In this document: positions 31,801-43,514 of the stretch, one piece after another
Position numbering within the stretch: position 1 is the stretch's first letter
Layout: each line of letters begins with the position of its first letter
Source of the DNA: Eledone cirrhosa
Lineage: Eukaryota
Reading direction: 5' to 3'
Length of the DNA stretch: 64,000 nt
Assembly (NCBI GenBank): GCA_964016885.1
Contig: OZ024743.1
Span: forward strand, 229,772,001 to 229,836,000
Made by a program: the position numbers and the translations under genes
Notes under the pieces: generated by a model
The model's database searches: none
Told to the model about the DNA's origin: nothing
What the model saw: only the letters and a program-made list of their open reading frames with translations

Positions 31801-33138
31801 AATGTGTCCAGCATGTGCGACCCAACAGAAATGGAAGGACACATCCAACACTTCATCAACCGCATGCAGTTCTCTGGCTACAACCAAAGAGACAGAGTCA
31901 GAGTATACGAAGGAGCCATGGAAAAGTATAAGACCCTCATAGAACTGGACATGAAAGGAATTTGCCCACTATACAGGAGCAAATCATGGAATAGCTTAGA
32001 TAGGGCTAGACATAAGATAGGGAAGGCCACATCATGGTACGACAACCAGAGATATCAGAGTGTCATGTTCGTGGACGCCACCCCTGGGGGGAAATTAGCT
32101 AACCAGTGTAGAAAGGCCCTGAGAAAGACCCACTTAAAAATAAAGGTGGTAGAAAAGCCAGGAACCACCATAAAATCCCTGATCAGCAAAACCTACCCTT
32201 TTAAGAAAACCCACTGTACCAATAGGAAATGTATCATATGTAAGGTGAACCCCCGGATAAACTGTAAAACTAGAAACGTAGTCTATAGCATAAGATGTAC
32301 AGAGGGTACTTGCAGAAACACGACAACAACATACATAGGTGAGACAGCTCGTAGCATAGGTGAAAGGATAGACCAACACTGGGGGGAACTAAAAGGACGA
32401 AAAAACGGGTCAGTACTATACGAACATGCTAGACAACATCATGACGGTAACATAGACAACATAGAAATTAGACTAATATCTAAACATAGGAATGACCCAG
32501 CAGATAGGCAAATCAGAGAGGCCAGTGAAATAGAAATTAGAAGACCAAAGCTAAACAGAAAGAATGAGTGGAACAACAACAACACCCAAACAAACAACAC
32601 TGACCTAAGAGAAGTATAAATAAATAAGTAAATTAAATTAAATAAAATAAGATAAATAAATACATACACAAGCACATAAACACACACTAGTCACCCAGCA
32701 GACACAACACTATACACACTAGTCACACATCACACATAACACTATACACACACGCAAACGCATGCGCAAAGAAGACAAAATAAAATAAGATAAACAAACA
32801 AGCAAATAAATAAATAAATATATAGACAGACTGAACAAAAAAAATGGCGTAGACATACAACACAACAGGAGGAACAATGAATATAACACCACTGACGATG
32901 TTGCAGATGTGCAACGAAAGATTTATGTAAACTATATATATATGTGTTTGTCTATATTGTATCTGTATTATTTTTGACCGCCGGTCAGTCAATGGCAACA
33001 TTGAGGACCGAGTAAGTTAGATCGCAGATATATATATATAAAAGACAGCGAGAAGCGAAAACCAACCAAACAGTGAGTGTGTTCTGTTATTAATTCTGGC
33101 AATATTACGCAAATATGACCCTCCCCAAATATAACAAT
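28851..33138 (+). mobile_element. Penelope-like retroelement family A with a ~1.3-kb inverted 3' copy (28851-30162 = revcomp of 31827-33138)
   Basis: Mirror ORFs sum to a constant coordinate (61989). Arms are nearly identical; one V/I difference seen. Confidence 0.92.
30163..32619 (+). CDS. PLE RT + GIY-YIG endonuclease, uninterrupted, probably 5'-truncated
   Basis: TDKSG, LYGLRKDHK, RPVCGA, MDVVSLYPSI, GAAIG, RYVDD, PVLD, CTNRKCIIC linker, NVVYSIRC..YIGETARSIGERIDQH. The track ORF start (30124) lies in the inverted arm. Confidence 0.92.
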   Translation, partial: DNNNSNTHNYDDRNNDNPLEKLFFNPADKTYKMGNIYPTRLPFNKRVCIPQQIDDETEAQFTIARNKIRQVVDRYTMRQSRPEAQQLGIKPVEGLVSLKQRTRDGEVVCLPTDKSGRMSIDSMPNYIEAMQPHITNTSEVAQLTHDGREKILNAHMMMWTDILKPSRRTANNFQASNNGIPPLYGLRKDHKTVDDPTTGPPTRPVCGANIASNYRISYFLSMVIRPIIKMSPDVCESTEDLLSRISECNKNRSLSNCIIGSMDVVSLYPSINIDFAVKRCVEMIIESEVEFCDVDTDELGLLLRLTYDTDYLDSHDLRCFCPSRPIRGRPPTITSMAKKTPIGRWIGWTKAIRTPQNTDQVRKMVAHAIGASIKTTLKGHIFKFNEKIYTQNEGAAIGVSIAGDVANLFMVWWERRLKDLLNESSIDLIMYSRYVDDINIVIRTPPLESTNKSDLERSTMESIQQIANSIHQSITVTIDFPSKHPNNRLPVLDTELWINTIDERAQILHSRYAKPMASKYLILKNSAMSSSAKFNILIADLVRVMKNVSSMCDPTEMEGHIQHFINRMQFSGYNQRDRVRVYEGAMEKYKTLIELDMKGICPLYRSKSWNSLDRARHKIGKATSWYDNQRYQSVMFVDATPGGKLANQCRKALRKTHLKIKVVEKPGTTIKSLISKTYPFKKTHCTNRKCIICKVNPRINCKTRNVVYSIRCTEGTCRNTTTTYIGETARSIGERIDQHWGELKGRKNGSVLYEHARQHHDGNIDNIEIRLISKHRNDPADRQIREASEIEIRRPKLNRKNEWNNNNTQTNNTDLREV

Positions 33139-33178
33139 ATCTGTTTCGACACACGATTTCATATAAAAAACCTCGCAA

Positions 33179-33214
<36 letters not shown>

Positions 33215-33405
33215 ATACTTGGGGAAGGTCATATTTGTGTAATATTGCCAGAATTAATAACAGAACACAATAATTAATAACTGGCAATTAATAACTGGCA
33301 ATTAATAACACAATTAATAACTGGCAATATTACATAAATATGACCCTCCCCAAGTATAACAATATTTGTTTCGACACACGATTTCATATAAAAAACCTCG
33401 CAAAA

Positions 33406-33444
<39 letters not shown>

Positions 33445-33681
33445 ATACTTGGGGAGGGTCATATTTGTGTAATAATATTGCCAGAATTAATAACAGAACA
33501 CACTCACTGTTTGTATATATATATATATATATTTCGAGTATATGTTGGTTGTTTACCGACACCTCAGTATGCAGATTGGAGCACTCGACGAAGTACGCAG
33601 GTTGGTTTGGTTACTCCGGAGTAATGTAAAATAAAGTAATTAAGTCAAATATTTAAAATTTGCTTCGTTTATTAAAGATGT

Positions 33682-33736
33682 AGTGCTATATATATTTCGG
33701 TGACAGCCATCATTGGCTGTGACCTCTTCAGGCAGT
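33682..33736 (-). ncRNA. Type I hammerhead ribozyme (one helix I mismatch)
   Basis: Reverse complement of 33923-33977, with GCACT instead of GCAGT. Confidence 0.7.
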
Positions 33737-33922
33737 CCGAATTGGTGTAGTAGAGACAGGTTCACATGTTAAAGTGTTTAACTCCGTCAATACTCCGATA
33801 TGTCCAGCTCCTGGTTGCGTTGTTATTTCTCTGAGGAACTGGAATCATATGGACATATCGGAGTATTGACAGAGTAAAACACTTTAACAACATGTGTACC
33901 TGTTTCTACCACACAAATTCGG

Positions 33923-33977
33923 ACTGCCTGAAGAGGTCACAGCCAATGATGGCTGTCACCGAAATATATATAGCAGT
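33923..33977 (+). ncRNA. Type I hammerhead ribozyme
   Basis: ACTGC-CTGAAGA-GGTCACAGCCA ATGA TGGCTGTCACC-GAAA TATATA TA-GCAGT. Confidence 0.83.
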
Positions 33978-34029
33978 ACATCGTTAATAAACGAAGCCAA
34001 ATTTTAAATATTTGACTTAAATACTTTAT

Positions 34030-34126
<97 letters not shown>

Positions 34127-34182
34127 TAATAAAAATAATGAATAAAAACAAAGAAACAGTTCCTTATGTTAAAAAATTCATC

Positions 34183-34270
34183 ATTTTACGATCGTTTCTA
34201 GGATATATATGTGTGTGTTGGTATGTAAACATTTTACATACCTACACATATATATGCTGTCTTCAGAAAT
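34183..34270 (-). ncRNA. Type I hammerhead with long helix II, inside inverted repeat 34123-34389
   Basis: Minus strand: ATTT-CTGAAGA-(long hairpin atatatatgtgt..ggtatgt/acatacc..acacatatatat)-GAAAC GATC GTA-AAAT; palindromic helix III ACGATCGT. Confidence 0.65.
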
Positions 34271-34512
34271 AGATCTATATGATACACATACCAACGCACA
34301 CATATATATCCTAGAAACGATCGTAAAATGAAGAATTTTTTAATATTAGGAACTGTTTTTTTGTTTTTATTCATTACTTTTATTAATTTACCTTGACTCT
34401 GTTTTCCTGTGTTTTTCATCGAAAAAAATGTTGAATACATCTCTTCATGATATTTGGATTACATTGAGTTCTTCATACGGATTGGACACTACCGTATATT
34501 TTGGTAGATTTT

Positions 34513-34605
<93 letters not shown>

Positions 34606-34793
34606 GGACCTTTTGTTTTGAAATATTTGTTTTTATCTCGATTCATGGTATTTAGATAGCAGGTCTTTACTTTATAAACACACGCACACAGACACACACA
34701 GACACAGACACATACACACACACATACACAGAGTCACTCACACATATACATACATAGAGATACAGAGTGAGAAAAGGGATTAGATAGATAGAT

Positions 34794-34887
<94 letters not shown>

Positions 34888-35379
34888 GATGTAAGGTGAA
34901 GTTTGGGTGAAAATATAGAGTTAAGGGAGGGAAGTTGGTGGCGATTATTCCGCTGTTCAAGCTATTTATTTTGAGGGGCGATTTGATTGGTTGTGATGGT
35001 AGTATAACGATAGCTGACGGATGAGATACGGGAAGAGAGACGTGAAGAGAGACGTATGCTCAACGGTGGCAAGTTGTGTGAGACATGATTCAGTTTGGTT
35101 TCGGCGGCGGCGGTGGTGGTGGTAGTGGTGGTGATAATTTTACGGGTGATAGTGGTTTTGTTGGTGGTGGTGATGGTCGGGAACGGATAAAATCATTATG
35201 AGACTTTGATACCATCTATTGTACAGGTAAGTATGTACGGAATTCTTGCAAAAGTGAAGCCATGTAAAAAAGATTTTTTGATGGTAGCTCATCAGAGCGC
35301 CGGCCGTTCGTAGCGTGAAACCTCACATAGATTAGCTTTGTAAGGCTCTCCGAGTGATGTGAGGTGAGTAAGCGTTTCG

Positions 35380-36260
35380 AATGCCTGTGGAGGTGAAGGT
35401 GGTAGTGCTGGTGGTAGTGTTTGTGGTGATGATAGTGTTTGTGGTGTGTTGAAATGGTGTCTGTAGTGTCGGTAGTGGTAGTGTCTGTGGTAGCCGTGGT
35501 GAATGTTGCGGAGGTGGTTGTGGTGGTAGTGGGAGTATTTGTGATAATGTTGGTGTTTATAGTAGTTGTTGTGGATGAGGATGAAGAGGTTTTGTTGGCG
35601 GTAATAATTGTTTCTATTGGCACAAGGCCAGCAATCATTCCAGTACATTACTGGTACTTTATTGTATCGACCCCGTAAGGATGAAAGGCAAAGTGAACCT
35701 CGGAGAATGTTGGTTGTGGTAGTGGGTGGTGATGTTTGTGGTAGTGGTGGTCGATGTGATTGTACTAGTTTTGGAAGAGGTGTTGATAGTGGTGGTGATA
35801 TTGCGGGTAGTAGTAGTGCTAGTAGTAATGAGTTAGTTCTGGAAGTGGGAGTAGTGACAACAGTAGTCGATGTGGCTGTGGTGTCTGTGGTGTCTGTGGT
35901 GGGGTGTCTTATGGTGGTTGAGGTGCTAGAAATCGTAGAAGTGATGGTGTTGGTCATTGCTGATGTAGTTGCGTTGGTGTTGGTGGCGGTTAGGCTGGTA
36001 AGTGGTGGTGGTAGTGGTGATATTACTGATGTTACTTCTAATGGTAAAGATGTTGTTGGTGTTAGTGGCTATAGTGATGCTGGTAGTTAGCGGAGACAAT
36101 GAGGGTGAGAGTGGTGTTGGTAGTGGTGTAGGCTGTGGTAATGGCTGGGATAGTTGTGGGAGATTTGGTGCCAAAGGTGGTGATGGTAGAGCTGGTGGGT
36201 ATTGGTGGCAATGGTGGAGTTCGTTTGGGGTGATAGTAACGGTGGTAGTGTGATGGTTGG
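35380..36260. repeat. Degenerate (GGT/GTA) low-complexity tract with an embedded SINE fragment (35604-35705, -)
   Basis: Trinucleotide composition; the SINE core 'ctggtactttattgtatcgaccccgtaaggatgaaaggcaaag' is present. Confidence 0.7.
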
Positions 36261-36272
36261 ATGTATATTGAT

Positions 36273-36330
<58 letters not shown>

Positions 36331-36640
36331 TATATGTAGGTATTTGTGTGTCTAAATATATGTGATTATGTATATGTGTGTCCTGTGTGTTTGTGTGAGT
36401 GTGTGTGTAATATGTAATCAATATAATTTATAGTCTATTCATTTCTTTCTCTCTCTCTTTCTCTCTCTTTGTATATATATATATATATATATATATATTC
36501 AGAGTGAAAAAGATAGAGAGCGAGAAATAGACTATATATTATATCGACTATATATTACACACACACCCACACGCTCACACAACACAAATTCACACACACA
36601 TATACACATACACACACACACACACACACATATATATACG

Positions 36641-36674
<34 letters not shown>

Positions 36675-37004
36675 GACACACATATATATATATATACATA
36701 TACAATTGCCAGTCTAATCATCATCCGCCACCCCAGTCCAGGGTCAAAACTATTATCTTCACCATTACCGACAACAAAATACCTTCAATCCACCGAATAC
36801 ACCAACATACGTACCCCCATGTAGGTTTTGAACTGCTGTAAATAACAGCCAAACCTCCCTAAAATTATTCTGTAGATTAGCCTGTAGAAGAAAAGCATTA
36901 AAGTAAGAGGCTACTGGATCAGAGAGGCTACTGGAGGCTACTGGATCAGAGACTTAATACATTACTCACAGGCACACACACATACACATAAATATATATA
37001 TATG

Positions 37005-37082
<78 letters not shown>

Positions 37083-37229
37083 CGTGCGTGTGTGTGTGTG
37101 TGTGTGTGCGCGCGTGCGCGCGCGTGTGTGTGTCTGTGTCTGTGTGTGCTGTAATTATTAGACAAACCTATAATTCAGAATGGAAAAAAAGGAAATATGA
37201 TTAATAGTAATAAACAAATAAATAAATAC

Positions 37230-37308
<79 letters not shown>

Positions 37309-37559
37309 AAATAAAAGAAAAACAGCAAATAAAAATATATTAGTTAAAAACTAAAAATAAAAACTTTGCTAATACATAAATGATGTTATTTCAGTTTTCA
37401 AGTCTAATCTCATTCAATTTTTTTCTATAATTAATTAAAACTCCACGGTAATTAGTGGAAGAAGTCTGTATATTGTTACCATGAAAGAAGCAGTAGACAG
37501 AATTTGCTTTACAGTTTTCAGTAAAGAAATCAAGTCTCATTAAAATTGTATTTACCTTC

Positions 37560-37748
37560 GGCGGTGGATTGGCGGTATCGGTAGAGGGTCGGGCACCATG
37601 CTTTGACGCATAGAGTTACGGCCCTTGCCATACTGAGTTCAAATCCCGCCGAGGTTAACTTTGCCTTTCATCCTTACAGGGTCGACAAAATAAAGTACCA
37701 GTAATGGAATGGATAATTGCTGGCCTTGTGCCAAAAGTAGAAACAATT
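37560..37748 (+). mobile_element. tRNA-derived SINE
   Basis: A-box-like 'tggcggtatcggtag', B-box 'gagttcaaatccc', shared core. A second diverged copy follows at ~37786-38020. Confidence 0.8.
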
Positions 37749-38239
37749 AAAATTGTATTTACCTTCATCTATCTATTATTAACTTTGTGGATTGGTAGAA
37801 TTGGTAAAGTGTCGGTTAAAATGACATTGCAGTATTTGTTTCGTCTCTTTATGTTCTTAATTCAAATCCTGCGTTGTTTTCATTCAAATACCCACGAGTT
37901 CAACTTTGCCTTTCATTCTTCTGGTATGAATAAAATGAAGTACCAATCATGTACGGGGTTCGGTTATATTGACCTCCCCTCCATCAACATTACTGGCTTT
38001 GTGTTTACATTAGAAACCTTTAATATCATATTTGAGACTAAACCGATTGGTATAATGTATGATAAAAGTCTTTATGATTGGTGCCGTCACACGTTTATTT
38101 TCAGACATTGCATTTAGGGTTATATATATGCGAAGGTGCGGCGTATAGTACTTTGGGTGTTGGAGCCAATATAAAAGCTCCGTGGGTTTTATTCTTAGAC
38201 ATGTAGATACTTTGTTTTCTTGAATACGACGCTTTATTT

Positions 38240-38897
38240 CCCGTCACCATTTAACCGATGGACGGGGGAAGGGCTTTTCGGGTAGCCTTGACCCGATCTG
38301 ACACAACTGCCCCTGTATTGTTGACTGGTGTAATGATGTCGAACAGGAGGGACCCGGCTATCAACCAAAACACTCGTGAAGATCGCCTCACTACCTTCTT
38401 ATGACTGGGAAGAGCAAGCAGTTTTCCTATTTGGTGGCTATAATGAAAGAGGTTGTGTGGTTGACGCGGCTGAGAGGATTGAAAACACACACTTTCTTCT
38501 TGGGCCAAGCCATCATCAACTTTTTCCGTCCCACCTTGATGAGAAGGTGAAGGCGGAAAGGGAGGGAAGTGCTGCCCCCCCCCCCATTCCAGTACATTTG
38601 TGAAAAGTTGGGTAATTGTTGCGAGGATGGCCCGTATGAATGGTCCTACTCTGACTAAGGCCTGAGGTTGAATAGATTAAAGGTAAGAGGGACACCTTCG
38701 TAGGGCGCTCTTGGAGATGAAGGAGAGTTAGGATTTGTGGGGTTCGTAACGTCGCCCTTTGGTGATATCCCCTTAATGGGGAATTCTATTGTTTTTATTG
38801 TTTTGATAATTGTTTTTTGCACAGATGTATGTAATCCCTCGCTGTCTCCGTGTTTATATTGTGCTCTATGTTCGGCCCTTGTGGCCAATAATAAGGA
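38240..38897 (+). mobile_element. Old Tx1-type LINE 3' fragment
   Basis: Decayed homology to the ORF2 end (AVFL..KEVVW, 'ggatggcccgtatgaatggtcct') and the 3' UTR ('gcccttgtggccaataa'), ending in (TAT)/(TAG)n. Confidence 0.7.
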
Positions 38898-38927
38898 AAT
38901 TATTATTATTATTATAATTAGTAGTAG

Positions 38928-38975
<48 letters not shown>

Positions 38976-38999
38976 CAACATCATCATCCTCATCATCAT

Positions 39000-39030
<31 letters not shown>

Positions 39031-39063
39031 AGTAGCAGCAGCAGTAGTAGTAGTAGTAGTAGT

Positions 39064-39097
<34 letters not shown>

Positions 39098-39361
39098 TTA
39101 GTAGTAGTAGTAGTAGTATTAGTAGTGGTAGTGGTGGTGGTAGTGGTGGTGGTAGGTGGCGGATGAGGAGGAGGATTCCTCTAATATAAAACAATACTTC
39201 TGGTGACACAATATTTAGTGCAAGTATAAATGGTTACCAGGCTCGTATATTTCAAAACAACTGCACTTAATATTGTTTAAGTTTTTAACGTGTATAATCT
39301 AACTATCAATATATATATATATATATATATACAATACATAATATACATTAATACACACCCA

Positions 39362-39417
<56 letters not shown>

Positions 39418-39433
39418 TATATACGCGCACACA

Positions 39434-39497
<64 letters not shown>

Positions 39498-40065
39498 CAC
39501 AAATGCATGAATTTGTAATTGTCTGTGCGTGTTTGTATGTGTTTGGGCGTGCGTGCTTTTGTGCTTGTGTATGTGTATGTATTATCAGGCTTCCTTGTTT
39601 ACTTAATTCAGCTACTTCTCTTTTGTACTAATTTCCTTGTGTATATTATATATATATATATATATATACCGACAGTTGGCATTCACATCGTCACCCTATG
39701 TATTATATTCATCATATTTACCACCATCTCCCCAACCTGCTGTATTGTTGCCTTTAAAACACGAACATTATCAAGACACCTTAAGACCTTCCAATAATAA
39801 CATCACCACGATCCCCAACATTGTACAGATACCCTCTCTCAATCACATATATAAACAGAGATTAGCACAAATATACAAATTTAAACATCTTTCACAAAAG
39901 CGTATATACATACATATATATATGCTTTTATAGATATATGCGTGCATTGACACACATTGACACATAAACACATGTACAAACATACATAAACACATATATG
40001 AACTAACACACTGTAATGCACAAATCACTAAAATAGCACTCTAGGTCACTCCCTCCACCCACATG

Positions 40066-40196
40066 CACTTCCCGCCCATTGTCTGCAACAGGCGGAAGTA
40101 ACGGTTTGTCAGGAAAGTTAAAACATCCTCGTAAGATGGCGCTGGTGAATGTGAGCGGAAGTGAAGTGAAGAAGAACTCTCTGTTTCTTTGTAAGA
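40066..40196 (+). promoter_or_regulatory. Candidate housekeeping-type promoter or first exon
   Basis: TTCCCGC (E2F-like), CGGAAGT twice (ETS-like), AAGATGGCG (YY1-like, ATG at 40136), GTAAGA donor at 40191. Confidence 0.3.
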
Positions 40197-40307
40197 AATG
40201 TTGGTGACGCCAATTTGTATAAACAAACATTTCTTTAGAACCTTTAGTTTCATTCTACTCGCTGCAACCACAACCATTGTTCGACGGAAGAAGAAGAAAA
40301 CAAAAGG

Positions 40308-40374
<67 letters not shown>

Positions 40375-40481
40375 TAGTAGTAGTAGCAGCAGCAGCAGCA
40401 GCAACAGCAGCAATAGTAGTAGTAGTAGTAGTACTAGTACTAGTAGTAGTAGTAGTAGTAGACGAAGATGATGATGATGAT

Positions 40482-40512
<31 letters not shown>

Positions 40513-41192
40513 AAGAAGAAGATAACATTCCAAGCGAAATACAAAATCATAAAAGGGAGTAAGTGTGATGGAATGAAATATTGGGCAATAATACATGAAT
40601 AATGTAGGAGGGGAGAGATAGGGAGGAAGAGAAAGATAGAATATAGAAAAGAGAGAGGGAGGGAGAGAGAAAGAGACAGAAAGAGTGAGAGAAAGAATGA
40701 GAAAGTGTGAGAGCGGTGAAATAAGATTCGAAGGAATAATAGTAGACTGAGTAGAAATACGGAGGAGGAAGGAGATTATATGGGAGGAAGAAAAGATTGG
40801 AAGGAATAAGAGAAAGAAAAGAAAGGAAGAAAAGAAAGAACAAAAAAAGATAAAGACAGTGAAAGAAACTAAAAGGTGGAGATGGTTTATAAGCATTGTG
40901 TTATGATTTTGGATGTATTGATGGTGATAGGAAGAATGGTACTGTGTGGTGGATCGTCGTCGGTTGTGAGACGAGTATTCCAGGGTTTTTTTTTTAAATC
41001 AATGGAACAGATGGCTTGTTAAATTTTCGTGCACATGACTGAGCATTCAATTGTTACGTTGACCGATTTCTCGGGGAGATTCAGTGCGAAATAGTGTGAC
41101 CAGGCTACCCACTTGAATTACAGCTTACAAATTGAGTGGACTCACGAGGAATTGCCACAGACAAAATATATTTATATATTTACATACATACA

Positions 41193-41246
<54 letters not shown>

Positions 41247-41290
41247 TGTGTTTGTGTTTGTGTATGTATCTATACATACATGTGCATATA

Positions 41291-42746
41291 TCTCTCTATA
41301 TATAAAACGGAAGATGTCTGTCTGTGTGTGTGTATGATTTTTATGCATTTCCACATTTCTCTACCGATTTTGATGATTCTTTTTCCAATATGCTCCAAAT
41401 TTACCAACGATGGTCAAAGCGTAATAAACTTTGCCAAAGATTTCCTACTTCTATGAAAAAAATCGATGAAACTAAATACATGCTGTAACCCTCTCTCATA
41501 CACGCTTATTCACTCTCTCTACTACCAACAGCGACAAAACTTAGTTCAGGAACGCGACATAAACTTTGAAAACTAAGCAACATATCATTTTATACAACAA
41601 CAAACATAGTCATAACGCGCTCTTTGTCGCTCTACCCTCTCTCTATAATAGATCATTCTCCCTCTCTATAATTTAACTGCTTTACTCTCTTCATGCTTTG
41701 AGGTTTAACACACCTCCCTATAGTTTCTTAGCTTTACTCTCTCCGTCGCTCTTCCCTCTCTCTCTATAATATATTATTCCCCCTCTCTATAATTTAACTG
41801 CTTTACTCTCTCTGTCGCTCTAGACTCTCTATATGACAACACTGTTTTACACACATCCCTATAGTTTCTTAGCTTTACTCTCTCCATCGCTCTTCCCTCT
41901 ATCTATAATAGATTATTCCCCCTCTCTATAATTTAACTGCTGGGGTAGTCATTGGAGTTCCGTAGTGACATACGGCTTTTCTGGGGTATTTTAAATCGGC
42001 TTATTGCAAATAACAACCCGCAAAATAACACTTCATATAACAGATTAATGCCATAGACATATGAATCGGAATGTTTTAATTATTTATTTTTTAAGACTTT
42101 CATTGGTTAAATATTAATATGAGAACACCCATAGTGTTGTACTTCTGGAAATTCTGCCGAATACACTGCCAAGGATGAACCTTTTCCCCTCGGCGTCAGA
42201 TATCCCGTTCGATTTCCGGAGATCCCGATTCCCGTGAGACCATGTTTTGCCATGTTCATTAACAAGTCACAAGGGCAAACATTGTCGGTGGCGGGCATCC
42301 ATTTGGGGGAGCCATGCTTCTCCCATGGCCAACTTTATGTTGCCTGTTCCCGCGTAAGTATCAGGAATTGCTTACACCCCTCAATGGATGACACGCAATA
42401 TCGTCTACAAAGAGGTGCTATAGTTGATGGTGCAGGTATTGGAGGTGTTGGAGCTATGCCGTCTGGAAAACTATTTGCTGGTAGGGTCACCCATGGCGGA
42501 CAGATCTGACACCCAGCGGCATCAGGGTCACCATATTGCAACTTTGGTCTGCTAAATTCCCTATTGGAAGATTATTAACCCATCATTGATTGTCCAAAAT
42601 TCTAATTGGTTCGTAACTTTTAATAACCGGTTCAACTGTTTTATGCCCTTAATTGATAAGCTTATTCCCTTTCAAGCCACGTTTACCTGTATGTAACTTT
42701 TCATAGAAAATCAACAAACCCGAGCAACGCCGGGCTAAACTGCTAG
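41291..42746 (+). mobile_element. Non-autonomous Helitron
   Basis: 5' A|TC..TCTATATATAAAAC; 3' hairpin CCCGAGC-AAC-GCCGGG then CTAG|T; internal Pif1-helicase fragment; internal minisatellite ~41620-41940. Confidence 0.85.
42200..42420 (+). pseudogene. Helitron Pif1-family helicase C-terminal fragment
   Basis: PVRPCFAMFINKSQGQTLSVAGIHLGEPCFSHGQLYVACSRV (helicase motifs V/VI). Confidence 0.88.
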
Positions 42747-42769
42747 TATATATATATATAAGTCTGTCT

Positions 42770-42960
42770 TAAGCCAGAAGGCTCATTTGGCCGGTGCTTA
42801 TCTTGGTTTCATGGCGTGAAGCGACTGAGAGTACAAGACTGCACCCTGGACAGGACACCAGTTCATCGCAGGGTTAAACCCTCAGCTATCGTTGGTACTC
42901 ATTTTTAGCTGAGTATACTGGAGCAACGCGAAATGAAGGGTTTTGAACTCAACACGTAAC
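42770..42960 (-). mobile_element. SINE-like repeat, second family; related copy at ~60345-60515
   Basis: The two loci share 'gagagtacaagact..cctggacagg..cagt.c.t.gcag..ttaaacc...ctggagcaac..aaatgaag'. Confidence 0.6.
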
Positions 42961-43514
42961 CTAGGAATCCGTTCATTCATAAACACACGCTTACCCGTGG
43001 ACTCACATGTAGCGTATGATGTCTAGTTAAAAATATAAGTGTTGTGGATATTGTCTCTTCTAACGAACACGATCGGATACAAACAACAGTCAACAATCAC
43101 TTTTTGATCTTTCAAAAACAATCAGGAACCAGAAGCTGTTGGGAGACTAATGGAACCGGACTGATGTATAGTGGTGCGTGTGAAGTCTCAAACATCACTG
43201 ACACAATACCATAAACATGGAAACGTTGAGAAATGTGATCCATAAACAGAACACAGAGATATATACACTTAGAGTGAAGGAAAAAACACATGATTTTGAC
43301 TTTAATTTTGGGCAAAGTTAGGTGAAGTGAAAACTGAATACTGATGTGGAATTAGAAGAGAATGGTGGTTATTTCAAACTTATGGGCGGCACTCATCCAT
43401 TTTATCTGTATGTGTACGTACGTGTGTGTGTATCTTCCATCAATCTTCATTCAATACATACGTACATGCATACGCACATATACATACATATACACGCTCA
43501 TACGTACATATATA

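Larger units (their letters stand above)
33530..34035. mobile_element. Inverted-repeat non-coding element with two divergent HHRs
   Basis: Arms ~33628-33806 and ~33850-34032, embedded in (TA)n. Confidence 0.8.

Noticed and set aside
37560-37650. tRNA gene
   Set aside because: A/B boxes are present but no cloverleaf is evident, and it continues into a multi-copy SINE core.
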